A stretch of 64,000 nucleotides of DNA from an uncultured virus (IMG/VR IMGVR_UViG_3300022939_000006) (taxonomy: Duplodnaviria > Heunggongvirae > Uroviricota > Caudoviricetes). Where the stretch lies: the IMG/VR virus record IMGVR_UViG_3300022939_000006. The stretch is one strand, 5' to 3'. A model generated the notes under the pieces. The model was not told the origin of the DNA, did no database searches, and saw only the letters and a list, made by a program, of their open reading frames with translations. The position numbers and the translations under genes were made by a program. Below are positions 49,646 through 59,225 of this stretch, piece by piece; the first letter of the stretch is position 1, and each line of letters starts with the position of its first letter.

Positions 49646-50362
49646 ATGAAAGACATACTACAAAAATTAGATGAACTAGATAAAGCAATTGATCAAAGAG
49701 ATCCAGCTCCAGAAATAACAAGATTGGACGAACAAGCAAATATGAATATTTCTATGAGCGGAGAAACAGCTGATGAAGTAGCTAGTTTGTTACGTATCAT
49801 GCAAGGCGGCGGTGCACCTGAAGCAAAGCCAGTTGGTCCTGACATGATGCCAATGAAAAAATTAATCAAAATTGCTAATCCAGATATGGATGATCCAGAA
49901 GCGCCAAGCGATGGAGATATGAATGATCTAAAACCTGGCATACAAAAAGAACCATGCAAAGTTTGCGGCAAAGTACACTTAGGCAATAGTGGTTGTGGTG
50001 GACATGAATCTACAGAAGAAGAATGGGATAATTCTCCAGACGAAGAATACAAAGATACACAATACATGACGAAAGATTTGTCAGGCGGAGCGAACAGAGA
50101 AAAAGGTCAATACAAAGCATCTGTTAGAGGCGACAATGCAATGGCAATGGAAGAATTACAAACCGAATTACGTGATCAACTAATGGCTAAAATGAACGAA
50201 GCCAAAGATGAAGAAAAATTTGATGAAATGGGTTGTGTAAAGGAAATGAAAAAACTTTATGCAAGCGGTTGCACTAAAGCAGAAAACTACAAAAAGTGCA
50301 AAGAAGGATACGGTTGTTCAAGAGGACAATTTGAAAAACTATACGCATCCAATTGCGGTTAA
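49646..50362 (+). CDS. Hypothetical acidic protein (possible internal head protein)
   Basis: 238 aa with SD GGAGG. Contains CKVCGKVH and a Cys-containing C-terminal tail. Confidence 0.55.
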   Translation: MKDILQKLDELDKAIDQRDPAPEITRLDEQANMNISMSGETADEVASLLRIMQGGGAPEAKPVGPDMMPMKKLIKIANPDMDDPEAPSDGDMNDLKPGIQKEPCKVCGKVHLGNSGCGGHESTEEEWDNSPDEEYKDTQYMTKDLSGGANREKGQYKASVRGDNAMAMEELQTELRDQLMAKMNEAKDEEKFDEMGCVKEMKKLYASGCTKAENYKKCKEGYGCSRGQFEKLYASNCG

Positions 50363-50370
50363 CATAATTC

Positions 50371-50397
50371 AATAGGGCCTACGGGCCCTATTCTTTT
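50371..50397 (+). terminator. Rho-independent terminator with cUACGg tetraloop
   Basis: AATAGGGCC-TACG-GGCCCTATT followed by CTTTT. Confidence 0.85.
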
Positions 50398-50410
50398 GAG
50401 TAAATACAAC

Positions 50411-51991
50411 ATGTCGAAAAGTTTAGATGGCGTATTAACAAAGAAAGCCAACCAAAGAGAAACATTTACCGAAGAACAAATACAAGACTTAATGGCTTGT
50501 ATGGATCCTCAAAACGGTTATTTGTATTTTGCAGAAAAGTTTGGTTATATACAGCATCCAGTAAAAGGCAAACTATTGTTTGAACCTTTCACTTATCAGT
50601 GCAGACTTTTAGAAAGTTATCATAATTATAGATTTAACATTAATATGTTACCTAGGCAAACAGGCAAAACTACATGTGCCGCCATTTATCTATTATGGTA
50701 TGCAATGTTTCAACCAGATCAAACTGTACTGATTGCCGCACACAAATATACTGGTGCACAAGAAATTATGCAACGAATTAGATATGCATATGAATTATGT
50801 CCTGATCACATTAGAGCAGGTGTAATTAATTACAACAAAGGTACTATAGAGTTTGAAAATGGATCACGTATTGTAAGTCAAACAACAACTGGCAATACAG
50901 GCAGAGGTATGTCTATTTCATTACTATACTGCGACGAGTTTGCATTTGTACAACCTAATATAGCCCAAGACTTTTGGACTTCAATATCACCTACACTAGC
51001 TACAGGTGGTCGTGCTATTATTACAAGCACACCTAACTCAGACGAAGATACATTTGCTACAATTTGGAAACAAGCAGAACAAAAATTTGACGAACACGGT
51101 AATGAAAATGAAGTTGGCATAAATGGCTTTCATAGTTTTACTTGTCATTGGAGTGAACATCCTGATCGAGATGATAAATGGAAAGAAGAAGAACTAGGAA
51201 GAATTGGTGAAGAAAGATTTAGACGTGAATACGAATGCGAATTCCTTGTATTTGACGAAACACTAATTAATGCTATAAAACTTGCTACACTAGAAGGAAC
51301 ATCTCCTATAATTAATATGGGACAAACAAGATGGTATAAAAAACCTACTAGTGAGTTTACATATGCTGTTGCCCTTGATCCTAGTATGGGTACAGGAGGA
51401 GATTATTCAGCTATACAAGTTTATGAATTACCTAGTTATGAACAAGTAGCAGAATGGCAACACAATACTACAGCTATACCAGGACAAATTAGAGTGCTTG
51501 CTGATATATGTAAGTATATAGAAAGCGAAACAAAGGCACCACAATCAATTTACTGGAGTGTAGAAAACAATGGCTTAGGTGAAGCCGCACTTATTGTAAT
51601 AAATGATTACGGTGAAGAAAATATACCAGGGCTTTTTGTAAGCGAACCTATTAGAAAAGGTCATGTTAGAAAATTCCGTAAAGGATTTAATACTACCCAT
51701 AGTACAAAGGTTACAGCTTGTAGTAGGCTTAAAACTATGGTTGAAAACGATAAATTAATGATTAAATCGAAACCACTTGTATCTGAACTTAAAAATTTTG
51801 TAGCTACAGGATCTAGCTATCAAGCTAAATTAGGGCATAGCGATGATTTAATAAGTGCTACTCTACTAGCATTAAGAATGATGGATGTAATGAAAGATTG
51901 GGATCCTAGGGTATATAACACCTTCAATCAAACCGAAGAAATAGAAGATTACGAACCGCCAATGCCTATCTTCATAAGTACAAACTATTGA
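50411..51991 (+). CDS. gp17: Terminase large subunit
   Basis: LPRQTGKT Walker A, LLYCDEFAF Walker B, ITSTPN, FRREYECEF, ALDPSMG.GGDYS, VENN, HSDDL. ATG 50411 follows GTAAATA. Confidence 0.95.
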   Translation: MSKSLDGVLTKKANQRETFTEEQIQDLMACMDPQNGYLYFAEKFGYIQHPVKGKLLFEPFTYQCRLLESYHNYRFNINMLPRQTGKTTCAAIYLLWYAMFQPDQTVLIAAHKYTGAQEIMQRIRYAYELCPDHIRAGVINYNKGTIEFENGSRIVSQTTTGNTGRGMSISLLYCDEFAFVQPNIAQDFWTSISPTLATGGRAIITSTPNSDEDTFATIWKQAEQKFDEHGNENEVGINGFHSFTCHWSEHPDRDDKWKEEELGRIGEERFRREYECEFLVFDETLINAIKLATLEGTSPIINMGQTRWYKKPTSEFTYAVALDPSMGTGGDYSAIQVYELPSYEQVAEWQHNTTAIPGQIRVLADICKYIESETKAPQSIYWSVENNGLGEAALIVINDYGEENIPGLFVSEPIRKGHVRKFRKGFNTTHSTKVTACSRLKTMVENDKLMIKSKPLVSELKNFVATGSSYQAKLGHSDDLISATLLALRMMDVMKDWDPRVYNTFNQTEEIEDYEPPMPIFISTNY

Positions 51992-52002
51992 TAAATACTA
52001 AC

Positions 52003-54048
52003 ATGAAAGACTTGAATAAAATAGCATCTGAACTTTTTGCAAAATTACGTGGTAAATTTAAAGAAATTACTATAGGTAATGAAGCAGGAGATATAACAAA
52101 TCTACCTGAAGAAGGCAGATTTTATGAATTTACATTTAACGGTAAAAAAGTTAGTGTTAGTTTAGATGAAGAAAACGTTGCTGTCATGTATAGTGAAAAA
52201 CTATTCGACGACGACGAAGGTGCTACAAAAAAGTCTTGGTATGATTTTTTGAAAGAACTACGGGAGTTTGCACGTAAAAGACTTTTAAATTTTGATACCC
52301 GAAATATACAAAAAACAAATTTAGATAGAAGAGACTATAAATTTTTAGCAAAGAACAATACTTCCGGAGAAGATACCATGACAGAATCAAAACTTTACGG
52401 AACGTCAAAAGTAAGTTATCAAGACGTTGACAACGCAAAGATTGTTATTAAACATACAGAGAGCGTTGGTGAAAATAGAAATATCAAAATAGGTAGCATT
52501 TATATTGAAAGCTCAAATGGAGAACGTTTTAAGTATCCATTTAGACATATCAATGGTGCTAGAGCAATGGCAAGGCATGTAAGTGAAGGCGGCAATCCTT
52601 ATGACGACTTTGGTAAACACATTGTTGGACTTTCGGAAGAGTTAAACAAATTACGTAAATTTAAAACATATATGTCAAGAAGCGGTGTCATGGCCGAAGG
52701 TCTTGCACAATACATGGATATTGTAAATGAGCGTTTAGATTCTGTTAAAGATACAATTTTTAAATTACAAAGAACATCTGCATACAAAGAAGCATTTGAA
52801 AGTTTTGAATCTAAAGTATTAGAAGAAGTTCCAGCAGATGTTGCAGGTGATTGGATAGACCAACTTACTATTAGACAATTTAATGAAGAACTGAAAGACG
52901 TATTTCCTTATATCTATAGATTAGTAAGCGAAGCCACAGCAGTGAAAGAATTAGGTCCAGATGAATTAGTTGCAGAAGCAAGCGATGAAGAAGTAGACGG
53001 AGAGATTACCAAAGACTCAGTCAAGAAGAGTGCATTAGAATTACTAGTAGATATTGCAAAAACTTCTAAACAATACAAAGGTGAAGTCACAGACGACCAA
53101 GTTCATTATTTAGGCAGTCTTGTACACGATTTTGATATGGCTGGTATTGAAACAGAAAAGTATAGTGAAATAGAAAAATTATTCAGAACAGCGTCAAAAA
53201 CTAATAAAGCAGACATGTCAATGATTCAACCAGCATATGCCCAAGCAAAGACATTAGACGAAGGCGGAATGAAAGATCAGCTTATCGACGCAATGGAAAA
53301 GATTGCAAGTGATACTAGCGGACAGTTGCTATACAAAGCATTAAGTAAAGGCTCAATGGGTCCAGACGTACAAAACTATCTACAAGATATGTACGATGAA
53401 GTGGCGAGAGATAATGGATGGCATCCAGATGATGACCATGACGAAATCGAACAACGCATGTGGGATGAAATTAATGACGAATATGGAATGGGCGAAGGTA
53501 TTCCTACTACAGACGACATTGAAGCGGCATTTGATAAATCAATGGGACAATTTAGTGATAAAGAAATTCCAGTAACAATAGGCAAAGATGGTAGCATGGC
53601 TAAAATAAATCCAGACGATGAAGATGAAAAACCAGAGCCAACAGTTTCATTGCCTGAAAAGATTTTATCATTATTTGATAGAGAAAAGGGAATGTTTCCA
53701 AAAGGAGAAACAGCAATACTAACAATGGTTGAAAAGGATTATGGTGAGGAACATATTGAGCCAGCAAAAGATTTTATTGAAAGAATTAAGGCAAAATATG
53801 AAGAAGTAATGATTCCTATGGAACCAGTAGAAGATGAGGGCGATATGCAAATTGAGTTCAAAACGGACACAAAGGACAAAGAAGACTTAGACGCAAAGCA
53901 AAAAGAACTGGAGCGTATTAAAAGAGACAAAAATACACATAAAGATCCAGAACTTAAGACAGCATTAATGAAACGTCAAGCAGAGCTTAATAAAGACAAA
54001 GAAGCTATGGCGGCTATGGAAACTTTAAAGTCACTAGCAGGAATTTAA
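52003..54048 (+). CDS. Large acidic hypothetical protein (late gene)
   Basis: ATG lies 5 nt after GATAAATA (51990). Contains GERFKYPFRHINGARAMARH and ends LKSLAGI. Confidence 0.65.
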   Translation: MKDLNKIASELFAKLRGKFKEITIGNEAGDITNLPEEGRFYEFTFNGKKVSVSLDEENVAVMYSEKLFDDDEGATKKSWYDFLKELREFARKRLLNFDTRNIQKTNLDRRDYKFLAKNNTSGEDTMTESKLYGTSKVSYQDVDNAKIVIKHTESVGENRNIKIGSIYIESSNGERFKYPFRHINGARAMARHVSEGGNPYDDFGKHIVGLSEELNKLRKFKTYMSRSGVMAEGLAQYMDIVNERLDSVKDTIFKLQRTSAYKEAFESFESKVLEEVPADVAGDWIDQLTIRQFNEELKDVFPYIYRLVSEATAVKELGPDELVAEASDEEVDGEITKDSVKKSALELLVDIAKTSKQYKGEVTDDQVHYLGSLVHDFDMAGIETEKYSEIEKLFRTASKTNKADMSMIQPAYAQAKTLDEGGMKDQLIDAMEKIASDTSGQLLYKALSKGSMGPDVQNYLQDMYDEVARDNGWHPDDDHDEIEQRMWDEINDEYGMGEGIPTTDDIEAAFDKSMGQFSDKEIPVTIGKDGSMAKINPDDEDEKPEPTVSLPEKILSLFDREKGMFPKGETAILTMVEKDYGEEHIEPAKDFIERIKAKYEEVMIPMEPVEDEGDMQIEFKTDTKDKEDLDAKQKELERIKRDKNTHKDPELKTALMKRQAELNKDKEAMAAMETLKSLAGI

Positions 54049-54078
54049 TAAAAAAATCAATTTATTAGCAAAAAGAGG

Positions 54079-54107
54079 TTGACTTTTGCTAATTAATATC
54101 GTATAGT
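54079..54107 (+). promoter_or_regulatory. Sigma70-type promoter (TTGACT-17-TATAGT) of gp32-uvsX-uvsY
   Basis: 17-bp spacer. The -35 box is flanked by a 10-bp inverted repeat (54064-54073/54084-54093). Confidence 0.75.
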
Positions 54108-54173
54108 ACATAATATGTGCTGTACAAAACAACTAGGCACAAAGCTAAAGGCAACAAATAGGAGGCATATAAT

Positions 54174-55175
54174 ATGGCATCATTAGCTGAAATCCGAGCA
54201 AAGCTCAAAGAACAAGAGAACCGCACAAGTGGTAACTCTTCCGGCGGCGGCGACAACGCAATTTACCCATTTTGGAATATGAAAGAAGGCGACACTGCAA
54301 CGTTGCGTTTCTTACCTGATGGGAATAAAGATAACACTTTTTTCTGGGTAGAACGTTTGTTAATTAAACTTCCGTTCCAAGGTATTAAAGGTGAAACTGA
54401 TTCACGTCCAGTACAAGTACAAGTTCCATGTATGGAAATGTATGGAGAATCATGTAATATTCTTAATGAAGTACGTGGTTGGTTTAAAGATCCAAGTCTT
54501 GAAGATATGGGTCGTAAATATTGGAAGAAACGTTCATATGTATTCCAAGGTTTTGTAACTGATAATCCTTTATCGGAAGATACAACTCCAGAAAATCCAA
54601 TTAGACGTTTTATAATTGGTCCGCAAATTTTCCAAATCATCAAGCAAGCATTGATGGATCCAGACATGGAAGAATTGCCAACTGATTACACAGCTGGTGT
54701 AGACTTCCGTCTTAACAAAGCAAGCAAAGGCGGTTATGCTGACTATTCAACATCAACTTGGGCACGTAGAGATCGTCCATTAGGTGATTCAGAAATGAAT
54801 GCTATTAATACGCATGGGTTGTTTAACCTAAGTGATTTCCTTCCTAAAAAACCAGGTGATGTAGAACTTAAAGTTATGCAAGAAATGTTTGAAGCATCAG
54901 TAGATGGTGAAGCATACGATATGGACAGATTTGGTCAATATTTCCGTCCAGCAGGTATGGCGGCACGTACAGGTGATCCAAAAGCACAAGCAACACAAGC
55001 AACACCTGTTGCAACAAAAACAGAAGCACCTAAGCAAGCTGAACCAGTTGTAGAAACAGCACCTGCAACTGCACCAGTAGCAGAAGCGGCTCCTGTTGCT
55101 GAAACTGCTCCAACAGCATCTGGTGGTGATGCACAAGACATTCTAGCAATGATCCGTGCAAGACAAAACCAGTAA
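54174..55175 (+). CDS. gp32: Single-stranded DNA-binding protein
   Basis: ATLRFLPD, YWKKRSY, G.DF.L.K..KGGYADY..S, Ala/Pro-rich linker. SD AGGAGG. Upstream of uvsX. Confidence 0.85.
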   Translation: MASLAEIRAKLKEQENRTSGNSSGGGDNAIYPFWNMKEGDTATLRFLPDGNKDNTFFWVERLLIKLPFQGIKGETDSRPVQVQVPCMEMYGESCNILNEVRGWFKDPSLEDMGRKYWKKRSYVFQGFVTDNPLSEDTTPENPIRRFIIGPQIFQIIKQALMDPDMEELPTDYTAGVDFRLNKASKGGYADYSTSTWARRDRPLGDSEMNAINTHGLFNLSDFLPKKPGDVELKVMQEMFEASVDGEAYDMDRFGQYFRPAGMAARTGDPKAQATQATPVATKTEAPKQAEPVVETAPATAPVAEAAPVAETAPTASGGDAQDILAMIRARQNQ

Positions 55176-55183
55176 ACAAAATA

Positions 55184-55203
55184 TGTGGGGGGAAACCCCC
55201 ACA
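55184..55203 (+). terminator. GC-rich hairpin with GAAA tetraloop after gp32
   Basis: TGTGGGGG-GAAA-CCCCCACA with no clear U-tail. Confidence 0.55.
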
Positions 55204-55222
55204 CTAACTTTAAGGAGTAACT

Positions 55223-56302
55223 ATGGCAAAAGCATTTGATCCTAGTAAATTTAGGACATCATTAACGAAATCTATTTCAGGTATGAGTGCAGGATTTAAC
55301 GATCCAACTGATTGGATTTCAACAGGCAACTATGCACTCAACTATCTAGTATCAGGAGACTTCCATAAAGGTGTTCCACTAGGTAAAGTAACTGTATTTG
55401 CAGGCGAAAGTGGTGCAGGTAAAAGTTATATTTGTGCAGGTAACATTGTGAAAGCCGCACAAGAGCAAGGTATCTTTGTAGTTCTAATTGATAGTGAAAA
55501 CGCTCTTGACGAAGCGTGGTTACATGCACTTGATGTAGATACAAGCGAAGATAAACTACTTAAACTTAACATGTCAATGATCGATGACGTTGCTAAAACT
55601 ATTAGTGTGTTTATGGCAGACTACAAAGCAATGGACGAAGAAGAACGACCTAAGGTGTTGTTTGTTATTGATAGTTTAGGTATGTTACTAACACCTACAG
55701 ATGTTGATCAGTTTAACAAGGGTGATATGAAAGGTGATATGGGCCGTAAGCCTAAGGCACTAACTGCACTTGTTCGTAACACAGTTAACATGATTGGTTC
55801 ACATAACGTAGGACTTGTATGTACTAACCATACGTATGCATCGCAAGATATGTTTGACCCAGATGACAAGATCTCAGGCGGTCAAGGATTTATCTATGCA
55901 TCTTCGATTGTTGTAGCAATGAAAAAACTAAAACTAAAAGAAGATGAAGATGGCAACAAGATCAGCGAAGTACGTGGTATTCGTGCTGGTTGTAAAGTAA
56001 TGAAAACACGTTACGCAAAACCTTTCGAAGGCGTACAAGTAAAGATTCCTTATGAAACAGGAATGAATCCTTACAGCGGACTTGTTGAACTTTTTGAAAA
56101 ACAAGGTATGATTGTTAAAGATGGAAATAGGTTAAAGTATATAGATTCATCTGGTACAGAACACAAAGAGTACAGAAAAAATTGGACGGGTGAATTACTC
56201 GATATGGTAATGAATGATTATAAAAATCTAGAGTCAGAGGTAAATACCGCAGACGACGATGTCATAGAAAACCATAACGAGGAGCCTGTATTAAATGACT
56301 GA
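55223..56302 (+). CDS. uvsX: RecA-like recombinase
   Basis: ISTGNYALN, AGESGAGKS, IDSENA, VIDSLG, TNHTY, SGGQG..YASS, KTRYAKPF. Confidence 0.92.
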   Translation: MAKAFDPSKFRTSLTKSISGMSAGFNDPTDWISTGNYALNYLVSGDFHKGVPLGKVTVFAGESGAGKSYICAGNIVKAAQEQGIFVVLIDSENALDEAWLHALDVDTSEDKLLKLNMSMIDDVAKTISVFMADYKAMDEEERPKVLFVIDSLGMLLTPTDVDQFNKGDMKGDMGRKPKALTALVRNTVNMIGSHNVGLVCTNHTYASQDMFDPDDKISGGQGFIYASSIVVAMKKLKLKEDEDGNKISEVRGIRAGCKVMKTRYAKPFEGVQVKIPYETGMNPYSGLVELFEKQGMIVKDGNRLKYIDSSGTEHKEYRKNWTGELLDMVMNDYKNLESEVNTADDDVIENHNEEPVLND

Positions 56303-56531
56303 AGAACAAATTCAAGAAATTTGGAATACCTTTAAAGAGTATCTTGACAAAAAACACATAGAAACTGCCGCAGAAAGATTTGTTGATCTTATGGCAGACT
56401 ATGGTGTTGAGGACAAAACATTTTATGATTCTTTAGGTAATGACGAAGTATTAGATAATGCTATTAACTATTACTTAGATGAAGATGCAGAAGATGTTTA
56501 TGATGATGAAGATGAGGATTACTGGAATTAG
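56295..56531 (+). CDS. Small acidic hypothetical protein
   Basis: 78 aa with SD GGAG and a D/E-rich C-terminus. Lies between uvsX and uvsY. Confidence 0.65.
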   Translation: MTEEQIQEIWNTFKEYLDKKHIETAAERFVDLMADYGVEDKTFYDSLGNDEVLDNAINYYLDEDAEDVYDDEDEDYWN

Positions 56532-56533
56532 CA

Positions 56534-56989
56534 ATGGGTTGGTATAGCGAAATATCTCGTGATATAAGTAAGATTCCTACAGCAATACAATTCTTTGAAA
56601 GCGAATTACACGATGCTAGATTAGAATGTAAATTGTCAGGCAACTTAGAAAAAGCGAGTGCGGCTATGCCAGGCATTGTTGAACACCGTTTCAATCAACT
56701 TCAGGAAATTGAAGCTATACTAAACTATTTGAATATTGAGCTACGTAGATTGCGTAGCTCATATTTTAAAAAATATCTTGAAAACTACCAACGTGCATTA
56801 AGCAGTCGTGATGTTGAAAAATATGTCGATGGCGAAGCAGATGTTGTTGACTACGAAAAAATTATTAATGAATTTGCACTTATTCGTAACAAATGGTTAG
56901 GTGTGTTAAAAGCACTTGATCAGAAACAATGGCAAATAACAAACATTGTTAAACTACGAGTAGCCGGAATGGAAGATGCATCAATTTAA
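56534..56989 (+). CDS. uvsY: Recombination mediator
   Basis: Helical, 151 aa. KYVDGEADVV...L..KQWQITNIVKLRVAG. Context next to uvsX. Confidence 0.75.
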   Translation: MGWYSEISRDISKIPTAIQFFESELHDARLECKLSGNLEKASAAMPGIVEHRFNQLQEIEAILNYLNIELRRLRSSYFKKYLENYQRALSSRDVEKYVDGEADVVDYEKIINEFALIRNKWLGVLKALDQKQWQITNIVKLRVAGMEDASI

Positions 56990-57006
56990 TTAAATTAAAT
57001 ATTGGT

Positions 57007-57795
57007 ATGAAATATACCTTTGTTACAAGTCTAAATAAAGACTACTGGAATTCAACAAGTAAAATTAATTTAGAAAGCTGGTGCAACTGCTTACCAGACG
57101 ATGTAAATATCGTTGTTTACAGTGAAGATTTAATACACACTGACAGAGTTAACAAACGTTTAGTTTACAAGCCTTTGTACGACTTATGTAAACCTTTAGT
57201 TGAGTTTAAATTAAAACATAAAGATAATCCTCATTACAATGGGCAAATAGGACGCAAGTTAGAAGGCAGTTCAAAAGCATTTAAATGGAATGGAATAAAG
57301 TTTGCTCATAAAACATTTTCTATTTTTACAGAAGCTAAGACACTTGATGAAGGATATTTGATATGGTTAGATGCTGACGTCCTAATGCATCAGTTTATTG
57401 ATCATGAATATTTAAAAAGATTATTTCCAGAAGACAAAGCTATATCTTACCTAGGACGTCCTAATGAATACGATGAATGCGGATTAATGGGTTATAATTT
57501 AAATAACCCACTAGCAAAAGATTTTTTAAATAAGTTTGAAAATTTATACCTTACCGGTTTAGATCATTTGCGTGAAACACACGATAGTTGGGTCTTTTAT
57601 CAATTGCGACTTAGCTATGATGATCAGAGTCAATTTTTAAATTTAAATCCCAATCCTGTGAATAATAAAAGTCCTTTTAACAATAGCGGTATAAAAGAAG
57701 TTATGGTACACACTAAAGGAAAAAACAAAGAACGTTTACAGCAAAAGTTTTTGAAACGCTTTATGTTAGAAGAAAGACGTAGACAAAATGCTTGA
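57007..57795 (+). CDS. GT-A fold glycosyltransferase-like protein
   Basis: KFAHKTF, LIWLDADV (DxD), ECG..GYNL, HDSWVF, HTKG. Confidence 0.65.
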   Translation: MKYTFVTSLNKDYWNSTSKINLESWCNCLPDDVNIVVYSEDLIHTDRVNKRLVYKPLYDLCKPLVEFKLKHKDNPHYNGQIGRKLEGSSKAFKWNGIKFAHKTFSIFTEAKTLDEGYLIWLDADVLMHQFIDHEYLKRLFPEDKAISYLGRPNEYDECGLMGYNLNNPLAKDFLNKFENLYLTGLDHLRETHDSWVFYQLRLSYDDQSQFLNLNPNPVNNKSPFNNSGIKEVMVHTKGKNKERLQQKFLKRFMLEERRRQNA

Positions 57796-58348
57796 AGAAC
57801 ATCTTGGCGGACATGGAAATAAAACACATCTAGATGAAGGTGTTATTAACTGGTGTATAAAAACATTAGGTATAAAAAGCTATCTTGATATAGGTTGCGG
57901 TCCAGGCGGCATGGTTGAACTTGCTGAAGAGAAAAATTTAAAAGTATTAGGTGTAGATGGCGATCATACTCTTGAAAGAAAAAATGCTAACAATTTTTTA
58001 ATTCATGATTTTACAAAAGGTCCTGCGCCTATAAAAGAAAAATATGATTTAGGTTGGAGTGTAGAATTTGTTGAACATGTGTACGAAGAATACCAACCAA
58101 ATTATATGCCAGCATTTCAACAATGTAAGTATGTGATAATGACATACGCACCTCCAGGCTGGAAAGGTCATCATCATGTAAACTTGCAAGAAGAACAATA
58201 TTGGATTGATAAATTTAAAGAATATGGATTCTTTCATATAAGAGCATATACAGATGTAATTAGACAAGTGAGCACAATGAACGCACACAAACGTAAGAAA
58301 GCGTTTGTTCGAAATAGAGGATTATTTTTTGAAAATAGTAGCTATTAA
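57788..58348 (+). CDS. Class I SAM-dependent methyltransferase
   Basis: YLDIGCGPG, GVDG, YDLGWSVEFVEH, GHHHVN. Confidence 0.8.
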   Translation: MLEEHLGGHGNKTHLDEGVINWCIKTLGIKSYLDIGCGPGGMVELAEEKNLKVLGVDGDHTLERKNANNFLIHDFTKGPAPIKEKYDLGWSVEFVEHVYEEYQPNYMPAFQQCKYVIMTYAPPGWKGHHHVNLQEEQYWIDKFKEYGFFHIRAYTDVIRQVSTMNAHKRKKAFVRNRGLFFENSSY

Positions 58349-59225
58349 AGAACTAATGTGGAGTTATCATCCTTTGCCTAAGGATTGGATAACTGTACCA
58401 TTTAGTGACAAAGGTACAATAGAGAATGCAGATGTACTCGTGCAAAGTAATCAGTCCGGATCAAAAAAAGAAAAGAAAATAGGACACATTTACAAATATG
58501 TAAAAGAATCTGGTAAGCCTTTTATTGTAACTGAAAGTGCAGTGTTTAGAAAAAATATGCCACAACCACCTAATCCAATGGCATATCACAGATACAGTTG
58601 GACAAGTTATTTTAGAGACGAAGGCGATTACTGTAATGAAAATAGTCCATCAGATAGATGGGAGCAGGTTAAAAAAGATCAAAATCTTACAGTTAAAGAT
58701 TGGCGCACAAAAGGTGATTATGTCCTTGTTATGCTACAACGTCCTGGAGATAGTAGCTTAGTAAATTTAATAAAGAAGCACAAAAGTTACGAAGGATTTG
58801 TAACGCATACACTACAAGAGATAAAGCAAAATACTGATAGACCTATTAGAGTACGTATGCATCCATTACGTCAAGATAGACAGTTAGCAATACTGAAGAA
58901 CTTTGATGTTACTATAAGTGATAATATGGAAGGTGCAGGAATTTTAGAAGGTGGTACAGGATTACAAAAAGACTTTGATAATGCTTGGTGTGTTGTAGGC
59001 TTTAACAGTAACGGACTTACAGAAAGTGTTATGGAGGGAATACCAACATTCAGCATGTGTCCTAGTTCAATGGCTTGGGACGTTTCAAATAAAACATTAA
59101 AACTTATTGAACAGCCTATGATGTTTGAAAGACAACAATGGCTCAACAATCTAGCATATTGTCAATGGCGTGAAGATGAATGTGTAGCCGGATTGCCATG
59201 GGAGCACTTAAAGAAGGCTTTGTAA
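58329..59225 (+). CDS. Capsule-synthesis (KpsC/KpsS-like GT-B) glycosyltransferase
   Basis: LVMLQRPGD, IRVRMHP, FNSNGLTESVMEGIP, WL..LAYCQW. TTG start after GAGGA. Confidence 0.6.
   Translation: MKIVAIKELMWSYHPLPKDWITVPFSDKGTIENADVLVQSNQSGSKKEKKIGHIYKYVKESGKPFIVTESAVFRKNMPQPPNPMAYHRYSWTSYFRDEGDYCNENSPSDRWEQVKKDQNLTVKDWRTKGDYVLVMLQRPGDSSLVNLIKKHKSYEGFVTHTLQEIKQNTDRPIRVRMHPLRQDRQLAILKNFDVTISDNMEGAGILEGGTGLQKDFDNAWCVVGFNSNGLTESVMEGIPTFSMCPSSMAWDVSNKTLKLIEQPMMFERQQWLNNLAYCQWREDECVAGLPWEHLKKAL

Noticed and set aside
50411..56302. Intein or intron in terminase or UvsX
   Set aside because: Both ORFs are continuous and of normal length, without splicing motifs.
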